Shown piece after piece: positions 39,950 through 53,640 of a stretch of DNA of 64,000 bases; position 1 is the first letter of the stretch, and every line of letters begins with the position of its first letter. Origin of the DNA: Octopus sinensis (Eukaryota); the NCBI RefSeq assembly GCF_006345805.1, contig NC_043014.1, positions 9,920,001 to 9,984,000 on the forward strand, in the 5' to 3' direction. The notes under the pieces were generated by a model. The model saw nothing but the letters and a program-made list of their open reading frames with translations, was not told the origin of the DNA and made no database searches. Made by a program: the position numbers and the translations under genes.

Positions 39950-42386
39950 GCAGGGCATGGTATTGATGTTGTTGTGATGTAGTGGCGGTGGTTGTTGCTA
40001 TGGAGATAGGGCAGTGGTGGTCATATCTGGAGGTTGTCTTGGTGTTGTTTGTTTTGTGTGGTGGTGGTGGTGGTAGCCATCGCGGTGATGTTTGTGTTGG
40101 TAGTGGGCGGAGGTAGACGGTGTTTGTTGTTGCAATTGTTGTTGTTGTTATTGGCGGTGGCCGATGGTATGGACGGTGGTGGTGTCGGTGGTAATGATGG
40201 TGGTTGCTGCGGTGATGCTAATGATGGTGGTCGATGCTTATGGGTGTAGTGGTGGATGTTTGCGGCGGGGGTGATGGTTATCGCAGTGCTGGTAGTGGTG
40301 GTGGTGGTGGGGAAATTTGGTGGTCGTAGTGGTTGTTGTTGCCGTGGTAGTTGTGCTAGTAGATTGTGCGTGTGGATGGTGGTGCTGGTGGTAAGGTGCT
40401 AGTGGTGGTGTTAATGATTCTGGTGGTGGTGCTTTGTTGAGCAAAGGTAGCGGTGGTGGTTGTGATGATGGTTGTGGTGGTGGTAGAAGTCTAGAAGTAG
40501 AGGTTGTAGTGGTAATGGTTGTAGAAGGGTTTCTTGTGGTGGTGGAGGTGGTGGTGGCTGTGGTATTGGTAGTGTTGGTGGTGATGGTAATGGTGGTGGT
40601 AGTAGTAATATTGGTGGTAGTGGTGCTGGTGCTGCTGATGGTCGTGATTGGGATGATGGTGTTGGTGGTAGTGTTGTTGTTGTTGTTGGTGATGGCGGTT
40701 GTGGTGCTGGTTGTGGTGGTGGTAGTGGTGGTGGTAGTGGTGGTTGTGGTGTTGGTGATGGCGGCGGTTGTGATGGTGGTGGTGGTGGTGGTTGTGATGG
40801 TGATGGTGGTGGTGGTAGTAGTGATGGTGGTGCTAGTTTTGGTGCTAGTAGTGGTGGTGGTGGTGGTTGTGATGGAGGTGTGGGTGGTGGTGCTGGTAGT
40901 TTTGGTGCTGGTAGCGGTGTTGGTGGAGGTGGTGGAGGTGTGGTTGGTGGAAGTGGTGGTGCTGGAGGTGGTGGTAGTTATGGTGCTGGTAGCGGTAGTG
41001 GTGGTAATGGTGGTGGTGGTGGTGGTGTGGTGGTGGCTGTAGTGCTGGTGGCGGTACTAGTGGTGATGGTGATGATGGCGGTGGTAGTTTTTATTGTAAC
41101 GCTGGCGATTGTTGTCGCTATAACGGCGCTGATTGGACAGTGTTTACGATGACAGCAGTGAGAATCGTTGTAGAGGCGACAGTATTTTGTGGTCGCTGCG
41201 GAGTAGTTACAATAAAAAATACACAAAGTACTAATAACAGTGTTGTATGTGTGGTAGTGGTGACTGTTAGTTGTGGCTGTAGTAGATGTTGTAGTTACAT
41301 TCGTAATGTTTGGGCAGTAGTAGAAATGGTGGTTTCCGTGACGGTAGTGGTGGTAGTTGTGGTGGTGGTGGTTACAGTTTGTAACATAGTAATATTGTTT
41401 CCTTTACTGTTGTTGTTGTTGTTCTTATCGCTGTTGTCACGCAGTTATTTAACCCTGAGTCAACCGAGACCGGCTCACCGATCATCCAATATACTCAAGC
41501 CGTGACCATCCCATATGGTAAAAAATACATCAAACAGCGTTTATCCAACGTGTCCTTCTTTTCTGGCGGCGGTAATCTGCGATTTGGAGGGGAGACTTGG
41601 TACCTATTACTAGCAAAAGGGGGTCAGGCTCCTATGGAAGTACCCCCTGTTGTGCGTGAGTTGTTATGTATTCTGGTTGTGGCAACACACGGCAGTTGTT
41701 GTTTATATTCCGTTGTTGACATAACGGCGCATATGTAGCCGGCTGGCTATACACACAGCATTACTTGATGCAGTAGTAGTTGCCGTAGTAGTAGTAGTAG
41801 TAGTGGTGGTGGTGGTGGCGGTGGTGGTAGTAGTAGTAGTACTGGTGGTGGTGGTAATAGTAGGACTACAAGTAGTAGTAGCAATTGTAGTAGTAGTAGT
41901 AATAGTAGTGGTGGTGGTGGTAGTAGTAGTAGGACTAGAAGTAGTAGTAGTAATAGTAGTAGTAGTGGTGGTGGTGGTGGTAGTAGTGGTGGTGGTGATA
42001 GTAGTAGTAGTAATAGTAGTGGTGGTAGTGGTAGTAGTAGTATTAGTAGCAATAGTAGTGGTGGTGGTGGTAGTAGTAGTAGTAATAGTAGTATTAGTAG
42101 TAATGGTGGTGGTAGTAGTAATAGTAGTAGTGGCGGTGGTGGTGGCGGTGGTGGTAGTAGTAGTAGTACTGGTGGTGGTGGTAATAGTAGGACTACAACT
42201 AGTAGTAGCAATTGTAGTAGTAGTAGTAGTAATAGTAGTGGTGGTGGTGGTAGTAGTAGGACTAGAAGTAGTAGTAGTAATAGTAGTAGTAGTGGTGGTG
42301 GTGGTGGTAGTAGTGGTGGTGGTGATAGTAGTAGTAGTAATAGTAGTGGTGGTGGTTAGTAGTAGTAATAGTAGTTTTAGTAGTAA

Positions 42387-42418
<32 letters not shown>

Positions 42419-42569
42419 ATAGTAGTGGTGGTAGTGGTAGTAGTAGTATTAGTAGCAATAGTAGTGGTAGTGGTAGTAGTAGTAGTAGTAGTGGTAGTAG
42501 TAGTAGTGGTAGTAGTAGTGGTAGTAGTAGTGGTAGTGGTAGTGATAGTAGTAGTAGTAGTAATGGTGA

Positions 42570-42603
<34 letters not shown>

Positions 42604-42720
42604 GTAGTAGTAGTAGTGATGGTAGGAATGTTAGGGTAGTGCGGTAATAATATTTGCAGTACGAGTAGTGGTAGTAGTATTAGTGGTAAAGGCAGCGTGA
42701 CGGCCAAACTATTAATAACA
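39950..42720. repeat. Degenerate (GGT/AGT/GTT)n trinucleotide arrays with a 327-bp internal duplication
   Basis: The anchor ACTGGTGGTGGTGGTAATAGTAGGACTACAA recurs at 41841 and 42168. Confidence 0.9.
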
Positions 42721-42789
42721 GCAGTGTTTGTATTCTCCGTGGTGGTGGTGGTGGTGGCGGCGGTGGTGCTCCTGACCGAAATGTTTTTT

Positions 42790-43015
42790 TTATTTCGCGG
42801 CGAACTGGCAGAATCGTTAGCACGTCGAACGAAGTGCTTGGCGTTATATCGACCGTCCCTGCGTTCAGATTTCAAATACCGCCGAGGATAGCCTTGCCTG
42901 TCGTCTTTTTTCGGGGTCGATAAAATACGTACCAATTGAAAACAGGGATCGATGTAATCGATTTAGCCCCTTTTTCCCCCAAAAATTTCAGGTCTTGTGT
43001 TTATAGTAGAAAGGA
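42790..43015 (+). mobile_element. SINE family B, alternative tail
   Basis: B head and core. Confidence 0.75.
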
Positions 43016-43219
43016 CTACTCTTTTACTTTTTTTACTTGTTTCAGTCATTTGACTGCGGCCATGCTGGAGCACCGCCTTTAGTCGAGCAAATCGACCCCA
43101 GGACTTATTCTTTGTAAGCCCAGTACTTATTCTATCGGACACTTATGCTGAACCGCTGAGTTACGGGGACGTAAACACACCAGCATCGGTTGTCAAGCGA
43201 CAAACACAGACACAGAACC

Positions 43220-43230
43220 ATATACACAAC

Positions 43231-43261
<31 letters not shown>

Positions 43262-43792
43262 TATACATATATATAAATACATATATATATATATATATAC
43301 ATACATATATATATATATACACATATATATCTATATATACATATATAATATATACACATATATATATATAATATACATATATATATATACACATATTATA
43401 TATACACATATATATATATAATATATTATATATATACACATATATATATTACACATATACATATATATACAACATATATATATATATATAATATATATAT
43501 ATATTACATATATATATATCCATATATATATATACATATATATATATACACATATATATATACATATATATATATACATATATAATATACATATATATAT
43601 ATACATATATATATATACATCATATATATATATATACCTATACATATATATATACATACATATATATATATACATATATATTATATATACATACATATAT
43701 ATATATCCATATATATATATATACACATACATATATATATACACATACATATATATATATACATATATATATACATACATATATATATATAC

Positions 43793-43823
<31 letters not shown>

Positions 43824-44186
43824 CATATATTATATATATATATATATATATATTACATATATATATATACATATAATATAATATACATATATATATATAC
43901 CATATATATATACACATATATATATACACATATATATATATATATACACATATATATATATACACATATATATAATATACACATATATATATATATATAT
44001 AACATATATATAATATACACATATATATATATACATATATATATATACATATATATATATACACATATATATATACACATATATATATATACATATATAT
44101 ATTACATATATATATATATACATATATATATATACATTATATATATAATACATATACATATATATACATACATATATATATTATAC

Positions 44187-44217
<31 letters not shown>

Positions 44218-44304
44218 CACACATATATATATATACACACATATATATATATACACATACATATATATATATACATATATATATACATACATATATATAT
44301 ATAC

Positions 44305-44335
<31 letters not shown>

Positions 44336-44336
44336 C

Positions 44337-44381
<45 letters not shown>

Positions 44382-44425
44382 CCATATATATTATACATAT
44401 ATATATATACATATATAATATACAT

Positions 44426-44457
<32 letters not shown>

Positions 44458-44505
44458 ACATATAATATATATATACATATATATATATAACATATATATA
44501 TATAC

Positions 44506-44536
<31 letters not shown>

Positions 44537-44583
44537 CAATATATATATATACATATATATATATTATACATATATATACATAT

Positions 44584-44615
<32 letters not shown>

Positions 44616-44648
44616 CATATAATATATATATACATTATATATATATAT

Positions 44649-44734
<86 letters not shown>

Positions 44735-44763
44735 CATATATATATTATATATATACATATATA

Positions 44764-44832
<69 letters not shown>

Positions 44833-44837
44833 TATAT

Positions 44838-44896
<59 letters not shown>

Positions 44897-44939
44897 TATA
44901 CATATATATAATATATATATATATATACATATATATATA

Positions 44940-44973
<34 letters not shown>

Positions 44974-44990
44974 TATATATATCATACATA

Positions 44991-45021
<31 letters not shown>

Positions 45022-45043
45022 CATATATATATATATACATATA

Positions 45044-45085
<42 letters not shown>

Positions 45086-45095
45086 TATCTATATC
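43220..45095. repeat. About 1.9 kb degenerate (TA)n array
   Basis: Direct inspection. Confidence 0.97.
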
Positions 45096-45228
45096 TGGTG
45101 ACACAAACTTTCATTCACACTTTGAATTTCGTGGTACTGGTAATGCTTTGGCTCGCTCTGACACTGAGTTGACATAATGCCTTCTAGTATCTCAAAATTT
45201 AATATACAATTTTTCATAATTGTAGTAT

Positions 45229-45320
45229 CCTACGCCGATGAGAAAAGAAGTTTGGGTAAGGTAGAATTTTCTAATTCTTATGCTTTCCTAAAACTTGATT
45301 TCGAAACGTACGTCCGTAGG
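45229..45320 (+). ncRNA. Type I hammerhead ribozyme with long stem II and a U4C core change
   Basis: Stem I CCUACG/CGUAGG; core CCGAUGA; stem II GAAA..UUUC closing a long hairpin; GAAAC-GUAC-GUC (palindromic stem III, GUC triplet). Confidence 0.8.
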
Positions 45321-45552
45321 TAACTTAAAATTGTATGATGGATTGCCGTCATCTCATTCTTTCTTACCTGTCTGTGTTTGCCTTTCAAGTGCTGTGTTTT
45401 TACTGAGATCTCCCTTTTAGTAGAAGGAATAGCTATATCTCTTTGACTGCTATTTCTAAATTCGGTGTGTGGCGAGGCAATTCGTTGCTAAACCCTTAAT
45501 TGCTTAGTATTACTTATATATATACATATATATATATACATTATATATATAC

Positions 45553-45591
<39 letters not shown>

Positions 45592-45757
45592 CAACGGGCT
45601 TCTTTCAGTTTCCGTCTACCAAATCCACTCACAAGGTTTTGGTCGGTCTGATGCTATAGTAGAAAACACTTGCCCAATGTGCCATGCAGTGGGACTGAAC
45701 CCGGAACCATGTGGTTGGCAAGCAAGCTACTCACCACACAGCCTCACCTACGCCTAT

Positions 45758-46270
45758 ATTAGCGAAAGAGGTTGTTTGATGGACAAGGCTGAAAGGAATG
45801 AGGGCAGATGCGGTCGTCTTTGATAAAGCTCTTATTGACTTTTTCAAGTTTCACTTGAAAAGGAAACTGAGACCGGAGGGCGAAGTACTGCACTTGAGTG
45901 AGTTTAGGTGGATGAGAGTTGCGAAAATTAACAAGAGTGGATGGTACCTCTCTAAGAGTTGACCTGTGAGTCCGAAAGGAGGAATTGGAGAAGGCACTTT
46001 TACCTAGGGTTTCAGAGAAATGTCGGACACTTGGGTTCTTCGATAATCCCTAGAGGCCTTCCTCTATCAGGAGGGCCACATCTCTATCATCCTCCACGCA
46101 CCTTTCCTTTTTTTTATCGTTGTGTGCTATGCATGTGACCCTTCTTTTTCGATCTATACCGTGTGTAGTTGCTTTTTGCTTTATCTTTTCATTATTATAT
46201 ATAAACCCCAACACTTTATGTCTGTCTCTGTATTGTCCCACTTATCCGTCGCCCTTGTGACAAATAACTG
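45758..46270 (+). mobile_element. Tx1/L1-clade LINE 3' end (second family)
   Basis: FFKFHLKRKLR resembles FFKYHLKRKVR at about 28120; 3'UTR ends CCCTTGTGACAAATAA. Confidence 0.65.
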
Positions 46271-46289
46271 AAATCATTACTTTTTAATT

Positions 46290-46373
46290 TTTTTTTATTA
46301 TTATTGATGTTGTTGTTGAAGTTATTCGTACAAGTTGCTATAGGATTCGCATTTGTGTTCGTATTAGTATTAT

Positions 46374-46405
<32 letters not shown>

Positions 46406-46625
46406 GTGGTACTACTACTACTGCTGCTGCCGTTATTATTACTACTACTAAAACCACCACCACCACCACAACTACTACTGCTACTACTGCAAGTGCTGCT
46501 GTGGCTGCTGTTACTATTATTACTACCGCTGTACTACTACTACTAATACTACTGCTGCTTTACTACTACAAAGAAGTAGTAGTAGTAGTAGTAGTAGCAG
46601 CAGCAGCAGCAGCAGTAGTAGTAGC

Positions 46626-46665
<40 letters not shown>

Positions 46666-46690
46666 ATGGTGTGGTTGTGGTGGCAGTGGT
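46290..46690. repeat. Compound trinucleotide repeats (TTA/CTA/CTG/GTA/GCA)
   Basis: Direct inspection. Confidence 0.9.
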
Positions 46691-47064
46691 ATTTGTGTAG
46701 GCCCAGTTCTAAGTTTGTTGCATCGTGTCCGTTTGGGGGGTCAGTAGAATGCAATATCACAGTAATTTTGTTGCTGCTATTTTCAGCATACCGAACAAAA
46801 CCTTAAACACACTTCCAGCTGGTTCCTGATGTCGGTTTTGTTCCTGTTGTTGTTTTTGCGTACTATGTCTTTTGAACATTATGATCGGAATAGCAATATA
46901 ATAGTCTTAAGGTAAGGAATACTAGAGCGTAGTCCTAAGTGAACTCTAGCGAAAGACACAGGCGTTATAAAGAGATAATGTGGTTACAGTTCAGTGGTCA
47001 GCCAGTTTTCAAGCACACAAATAATTATTTCGTCTTAGCACCAGCTCAGTACTCTTTCTTAACC

Positions 47065-47670
47065 GTGCGTTTACTTGTTCTATATGGTTCAAATGTACAG
47101 AAATCAAAAATGTCTTATGAAGAAAGGCTGAAGACGCTCGACCTTTATTCTCTAGAAAAACCACGACGCCGTGGTGATCTCATTCTTGCTCACAACATCA
47201 TAAGCGGAAAGTGTAACCTCCCGAAAGAGCTGTTCTTCACTCCTGCTCCAGAGCGTCGGCTGCGGGGTCATTCCAAAAAGCTCTATCCGTGACGATTTCA
47301 TCTCAATCGAGGGAGAGGGGCTTTCTCCGTCCGGGTTGCGGATCCGTGGAATAAGCTGCCGGACGAGATAGTGAAGATGCCGACGACCGCTCGAGTGTCG
47401 GCTGCGGGGTCACTCCAAAAAGCTCTATCTGCGACGATTTCATCTCAATCGAAGGAGAGGGGCTTTCTCCGTCCGGGTTGCGGATCCGTGGAATAAGCTG
47501 CCGGACGAGATAGTGAAGATGCCGACGACCGCTCGGTTCAAAGTCTCCCTTGACCACAAGTGGCCTGAACTCTTTACATGAACACCACCCTGTACATAAC
47601 TCCGTGTCCCCTTACATGGCCTTGCTTTTTGCTTTTTGAGCCAAAAAATTAACTAACTAACTAACTAAGA
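47065..47670 (+). mobile_element. CR1/L2-type LINE 3' end with a 142-bp tandem duplication and (TAAC)n tail
   Basis: MSYEERLKTLDLYSLEKPRRRGDLI..LRGHSKKL..WNKLP; 47251-47392 duplicated at 47393-47534. Confidence 0.88.
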
Positions 47671-47674
47671 TACA

Positions 47675-47775
47675 GGCAATAGAACAAGTCGCTGCTTTAT
47701 TTTGACGCTCGGGAAAAAATAGAAAAGTCATTGACGTTTAGAGCCTATGCCCTTCGACAGAAAGGGACGGCGATG
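47675..47775 (-). mobile_element. Penelope-like terminus with decayed hammerhead at 47727-47764
   Basis: Minus strand CUGUCGA-A-GGGC-AUAG-GCUC-UAAAC-GUC. Confidence 0.5.
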
Positions 47776-47981
47776 AAAATGGAGAGGGAGAGAAAACAAT
47801 GACATGTGTCATGTAGCTACATATAAGCGAAGCCATGATCGAGAATTATTTGGTAAGCAGAGAGCTGCTGTTGAGAGTTCGAAAGTCCTTCCTGATCCAG
47901 AACACCAACTGCATGACGTTGTCGCTGCTTTTTAGCGCCATGTCATCACAGATCGAGCTTCTCTGTGGAACACCCAATCGT

Positions 47982-48278
47982 GGAGGCACATGGCCTAGTG
48001 TTTAGAGTAGCGGACTCGCAGTCGAGGAACCGCGGGTTCGAATCTCAGACCGAACGAGGTGTGTGTTTATGAGCGAAACACCTAAGCTCCACGCAGCTCC
48101 GGCAGAAGCTAATGGCGAACGTCTACTGTACTCTTTCGTCACAACTTTCTGTCACTCTTTCCTCTTGCATCTGGCAGCTCACCTGCGACGGACCGGCGTC
48201 CCGTCCAGGTGGGGAACCTATACGCCAAGTAAACTGGGAAACCGGCCCTTATGAGCCAGGCGTGGCTCGAGAAGGAAC
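47982..48278 (+). mobile_element. SINE head C with tail 2
   Basis: Flanked by an ACAC(C/A)CAATC direct repeat. Confidence 0.88.
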
Positions 48279-48814
48279 AACACACAATCATGGGATTTCC
48301 ACAGATTAAACCTGATTCAGTAACCTTATGAGTACAAGTTGCTTTTGTTTTGTATCTTCATATAAACCCTGACCGAGCAATGGTAAGTCCGTCTCCCCGC
48401 ATTTAGTTGTTGCTTTTGCGCCAGTCCAGCAGTTGATTATTCGGATGATACATAGGCAGCTGTTTCTGAGCAGCTCCAGTTTGCAATTGTTCCAACATTC
48501 TACGGCAAATATCTAGTTGGTTTTATGTCTCTCCGTTGTAACCATTGTTCAACAGTCCGATGAAAATAATTGATGAATTACTCTCAATAAATTCATAATG
48601 GCAAGTCTAACGTCAGTGATACAGTTCTTATATTGTTGTTGTAGGTGTGTAGCCTAGGTCGGTCCGGATGCAGATAGGACAGATACAGCGCAGTAGTCTA
48701 AAGTGCGCATGCAATTTTTTCTGTAGACGCCCACGGCACCCATCCCAATATAGATGTTTATGAGAGATGTTCGTGTACTGACAGCCATTTGCGTATGTAA
48801 CATTTTATCTATAG

Positions 48815-49198
48815 TCTCTTTACTCTTTTACTCTTATCTGTTTCAGTGATTTGACTGTGGCCATGCTGAAGCACCGCCTTTAGTCGAGCAAATCGACCGC
48901 AGGACTTATTCTTTGGAAGCATAGCACTTATACTATCGGTGTCTTTTGCCGAACCGCTAAGATACGGGAAGAAAAACTCACCAGCATCGATTGTCAATCG
49001 ATGTTGGGGGCACAAATACAGACTCACAAACATATACACACACACACACATACATACATATCTACCAAATCCACTCACAAGGCATTGGTCGGCCCGAGGC
49101 TATAGTAGAAGACACTTGCCCAAGGTGCCACGCAGTGGGACTGAAGCCGGAACCATGTGGTTGGTAAGCAAGCTACTTACCACACAGCCGCTCCTACG
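48815..49198 (-). mobile_element. SINE family A
   Basis: Matches other A copies; internal deletion. Confidence 0.85.
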
Positions 49199-49607
49199 CT
49201 TATCAAATGTAATGTCCATCAAATTTAATGTTCAATATAAGCAACACTGATTCAGCAGATGTTTTGTACACAATGTCATGTTTCCGTGTAACCAAAAGCA
49301 GTTATAACACATGCAAAATAGCTTTGGAAACAGAAGTGTTGTTCTTAACTTCAACTGAAGCCTTCATCTAGAAGATAGTCAGTTGTATAATTCAACGTCG
49401 GTCATAATTCATTAATCAAATGGTACAATCATAATTATTGCTGTGTAGGCCCACTTCATCTTTGATTCATTAGTTCTACGCCTCAAAGGGAGAAGGTACT
49501 TCGTGGTCTGTGATCAGCCTTAATCGAGCAGGCCGCTTTAATCCAGCAGGCATAAGACGCGCAGCTAAGTAGTGTACTGAAGCCCTAAGTCCACTGAATC
49601 CGACAAA

Positions 49608-49895
49608 GCTATGACGCATCCTTCACGAGCCACTCCTGGCTCATTAGGGCCGGTTTCCCGGTTTCCTTGGCGTATTAGTTCCCCACCCGGACGGGACGCC
49701 AGTCCGTCGCAGGTAAGCTACAAGATACACAAGGAAAGAGTGAGAGAAAGTTGTGGCGAAAGAGTCAGCAGACGTTCGCCATTACCTTCTGCCGGAGCCT
49801 CGTGAAGCTTAGGTGTTTCGCTCATAAACACACACATCGCCCGGTCTGAGATTCGAACCCGCGATCCCTCGACCGCGAGTCTGCTGCTCTAACCA
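49608..49895 (-). mobile_element. SINE head C with tail 2
   Basis: Close match to 55065-55372. Confidence 0.88.
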
Positions 49896-49899
49896 CTAG

Positions 49900-50162
49900 G
49901 CCATGTGCCTCCACTAAAAATAACTGCGCCCTTTTAAAGCCTAGCCAGCCTATGGTCCCGGTTTCTATGGCGTATGTGCTCCCCAGCTGGACGGGACGCC
50001 AGTCCATCGAAGCGTTACTCAATTTTGCCAGCTGAGTGAACTGAAGCAACGTGAAATGAAGTGTTTTGCTCAAGAACACAACCCGTCGCCCGATCCAGGA
50101 ATCGAAACCACAGTCTTACGATCATGGTGCTGACACCTTAACTACTAAGCCACGCGCCTCTA
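49900..50162 (-). mobile_element. SINE head D with tail 2
   Basis: Matches 31020-31265. Confidence 0.82.
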
Positions 50163-51678
50163 CCTGTGACGCATCGGTAAAGGTTGTCTCGGACGAAACT
50201 AGTCAAGCCATCCCTTTAGTGAGAAATAGTTGTTATTATGTAAACCTTTCTCATGTCTCATATAGCAGTCGCATGTGCAAAGGCTGATATAGCTTGGCAC
50301 CAGTGAAGTCACAACTCATTTCTACACTTGAGTGAACTGGAGCAACGTGAAATAAAGTGTCTTGCCCAAGAACACAATACAGAATCCGCTCCGGGAATCG
50401 AACTCACTACCTCATAACTGTGAGCTCGACGCTGTAACCACTGATCCATGTCCCTATATATACACACGCGACGAACTTGCGACAGTTTCCGTCTAACAAG
50501 TTCACTCGCAACACCTTAAATGGCCAGGAGCTATTGCAGTAGACATTTGGCGAAGGTACCGAGCATTGAAATTGAACCCGCAACCTCGTAGTTTCAAAGC
50601 AAGTCTTTAAACACACAAGTATGCTTCTTTCTATGCAATAGATATCACTGGCTGCCCTTCGGAGAAACACCTTTGTACGTTTATCCGGTGGAAGTGATTT
50701 ATATATTCGGATATATCTTCCAGGTGATTCTCATAAAATGTTTTCTGTTTTTTGGGGTTTTTTTTTTCATATTTAAAAATGAAAACCAGAAAATTGGTGT
50801 TACGAGTTTATGTTTGGTTCTGTTTTGGTGAAATACATTTAGCTTGTTTCTTACATTAGTTCGTTGTCATGAGAGCAAAACTATACTTCATATATCATTG
50901 TACGTATCAAGTGAAGTGGGAAAAATTGAGAGTATAATAGATATATTCTATTTTAAAGTATATTTATTGAATAGGAAATAAATTCAAAATACGATTCAGT
51001 TTTAGTTTTTGGCATTTTGAATCGCCCAAAGCTTTTCAAAACGGGGAATCAATTTATAAACTGACAAAATACATTAAAAACCTCTGTAATATAAAGGGTT
51101 TTTTTTTCAAGAAAATCATTCTTATGAACAAAAACTAGTCGCAGCACGTTACGTGAACACACGGGGAAGCATTAAATTCAACAACAAAAACAGAACAAGA
51201 AATATTGGCAATTACGTTAAAAAATTTTTTTGTCAAAAATTACAAAATTATAAATCTTGAAAAATATTCTAAACCCTTGGTAAATTGTATCAATGTTAAA
51301 AATTTGCATTTTATATTAAATTTGACTTTGGTTTTTTTTTTCATCTATTACATTGTTTAAACATACCATTGAAATTTTACGGATACTGTTCAATAAAAGG
51401 AAAAATAAATTCATTAATTATTTCTTTTGTGATTAACTAATAGATTATTTCAATCTATTTTGATATTTATCTTTGAATAATACTTTAAATTATAGATTTA
51501 ATTAAATCTCAATTTGAATATACATATAATTATCCGTATTTAGTTTTCCATGATTAAATATAAAGAATATGTTTGACTTTTAATTACGTAGTCATTAAAA
51601 TATTTTCTAATACAATTAGAATCCAGCTTGAGAAGTTTCTGCTCCATAGAAAAGTTCACTAATTATTTTACAATATAG

Positions 51679-51886
51679 TTCCTAATGATAATCACCGCAC
51701 GGAAGAATTTCGAGTTTTGTTCCATAGGAACTGTAAGCAATTGTTAATTATGTGATAACTGGCAAATAATTTTTAAAAGTAACTTCATATCGTTTCTAAA
51801 TAATTTATAGCAGATTTGTTAACAAAGTATAAAATATATGGTTTTCGAGAATTAAAGAGGATTAGAATATCTTTGTGGAAATCCAG
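51679..51886 (+). CDS. Candidate pair of small coding exons (51679-51732 and 51814-51886); product unknown
   Basis: AG/GT boundaries, 81-nt intron GTAAGC...TAGCAG, phase-compatible open frame (V)PNDNHRTEEFRVLFHRNYLLTKYKIYGFRELKRIRISLWKS; no family recognised. Confidence 0.2.
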
Positions 51887-52939
51887 GTAATTTTACCCAA
51901 CTGGTGTAAAAATACATAAAATTCTATACCACCATCTTGTCTGGAGTAGCAACGAATTTATTTCCTTATTATTTACTTGCTTAAGTTATTCTTGTGAAAG
52001 ACTACAGTATATCACTTCTATAGAAAAAAATACACGGAAATAAGTAATATTTTTTTTCATTCTATATATTTTCTTCATAAATCTTATGGAATAAAATTTC
52101 CTTTTAAACACATTTCGTGCTAAATTTCAATGAGCGATTTCGTTGTAATATATATATTATGAATTACAGCTAGGAATTAAGTAATACAACATTGCTATAC
52201 ATACATATACACATATATATATATATATATGTATGTATGTAAGTATGCATATATATAAATGCATATAAATGACTGAATGAACGTATGTGAGACGCAACCA
52301 ATGATTTAAAGTTATAAATATGTATATGTGGTTATATATGCATGTATGTATGTATGTATGCATTTATGTATGTATGTATGCATGTATGCATGCATGCATG
52401 TATATATGTATGTAAGCATGCATGTATATATGTATGTATGTAAGCATGCATGCATGTATGTATGTATGTATGTATCAATGTATGTATGTATGTATCCATG
52501 TATGTATGTATGTATCCATGTATGTATGTATGTATCCATGTATGTATGTATGTATGTATGTATGTATGTATGCATGCATTTATGTATATATGTATGTATT
52601 AATGTATGTATGTATGTATGTATGTATCCATGTATGTATGTATGTATCTATGTATATATGTATGTATGTATGTATCTATGAGTGTGCGTGAGTATGTGAG
52701 TCGTATGGAGATGTGTAACTGGTGATTTTACACTGCTGAAATTTATATAAGTCTCTTTTCATCATTTTATTAAATGAAACTCAAATTAGCAAAGTGATGA
52801 CATCAATTAGAAACATTTTTTTAAAAAACTGAAATACCAGGCAGCGTTCCTTAATTATACATTAGAAGCGCAAAGGGCAAAGAACAAAATGAAAATATAA
52901 TACAGCGGCTATCTGAAACTAATTACTTCAGCATCTTTC

Positions 52940-53480
52940 AAAGAGATAGAGAATTAAGTGAAAAAAATGCATTTGGATCAATTGCCTCTAAGCTGTGACA
53001 ATACTTGGGGGACTTAGAAAATATCTGTCAAAACACTAAGATTCAAAAGAAACAAGAGAAATTTTCAGCATCAAGCACAGCTTTGAAGTGGCCTGCCTGA
53101 TTGCCTTAAACAAAATGCTTCTTATTATTTTTTAAATTAGTTTAACCTACGGCTACGTTTACGACAGAAACCTCGTATTCTGCGAGAGAAGCCACCCAAA
53201 TGAATTCAGTTTTTTGAGGCTTCAAAAAGAGAATTTCAATTATAAAAGAAAATGTGAGAAAACAAACAATTTCTTTAAATACAAATATTTTTCTTGTATT
53301 ACTGTAGAAATTGCTGTAGTTACATAACTCTGAAGTACTTTAAAGGTGATAGTTCAAGTTTGTTACGAAGCTGTTGAATGTACATTATTTGAATGGACAT
53401 GTGTATCCATTGATGGCGATCCAGTTCTGAGCATGTCACAGATTTGGGGACTTTAGAGGGAAATAGAACTTTATAATTAT
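52940..53480 (+). pseudogene. hAT (Charlie/SPIN-like) transposase remnant
   Basis: HSFEVACLIALNK (compare ASYxVAYLIAK) and EWTCVSIDGDP (compare WxxxVSxxTDGAP); heavily broken. Confidence 0.5.
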
Positions 53481-53640
53481 GGTCACGCGTTGTATGATCT
53501 ATCCCTAATCATTATATGAATTAGTTGAAACCTACTTATCAGATTATTATGTTTCATGTAATCAAGATTTTAATTAATGTCACAGGTCAAGCTTTATACA
53601 TGCAGCTATCATTTTCCTGAGGGTATTAATGTTGATAAGG

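Larger units (their letters stand above)
43018..45757 (-). mobile_element. SINE family A split by a large TA expansion and a PLE fragment
   Basis: 3' half 43018-43215; 5' half 45594-45757. Confidence 0.75.

Noticed and set aside
41703-42935. 410-aa ORF
   Set aside because: It starts inside a SINE and runs through trinucleotide repeats, switching from poly-Leu/Pro to poly-Thr
49570-50210. Possible hammerhead split by SINE insertions (GGAC-GAAACTAGTC at about 50191)
   Set aside because: No intact CUGANGA or stem I can be reconstructed
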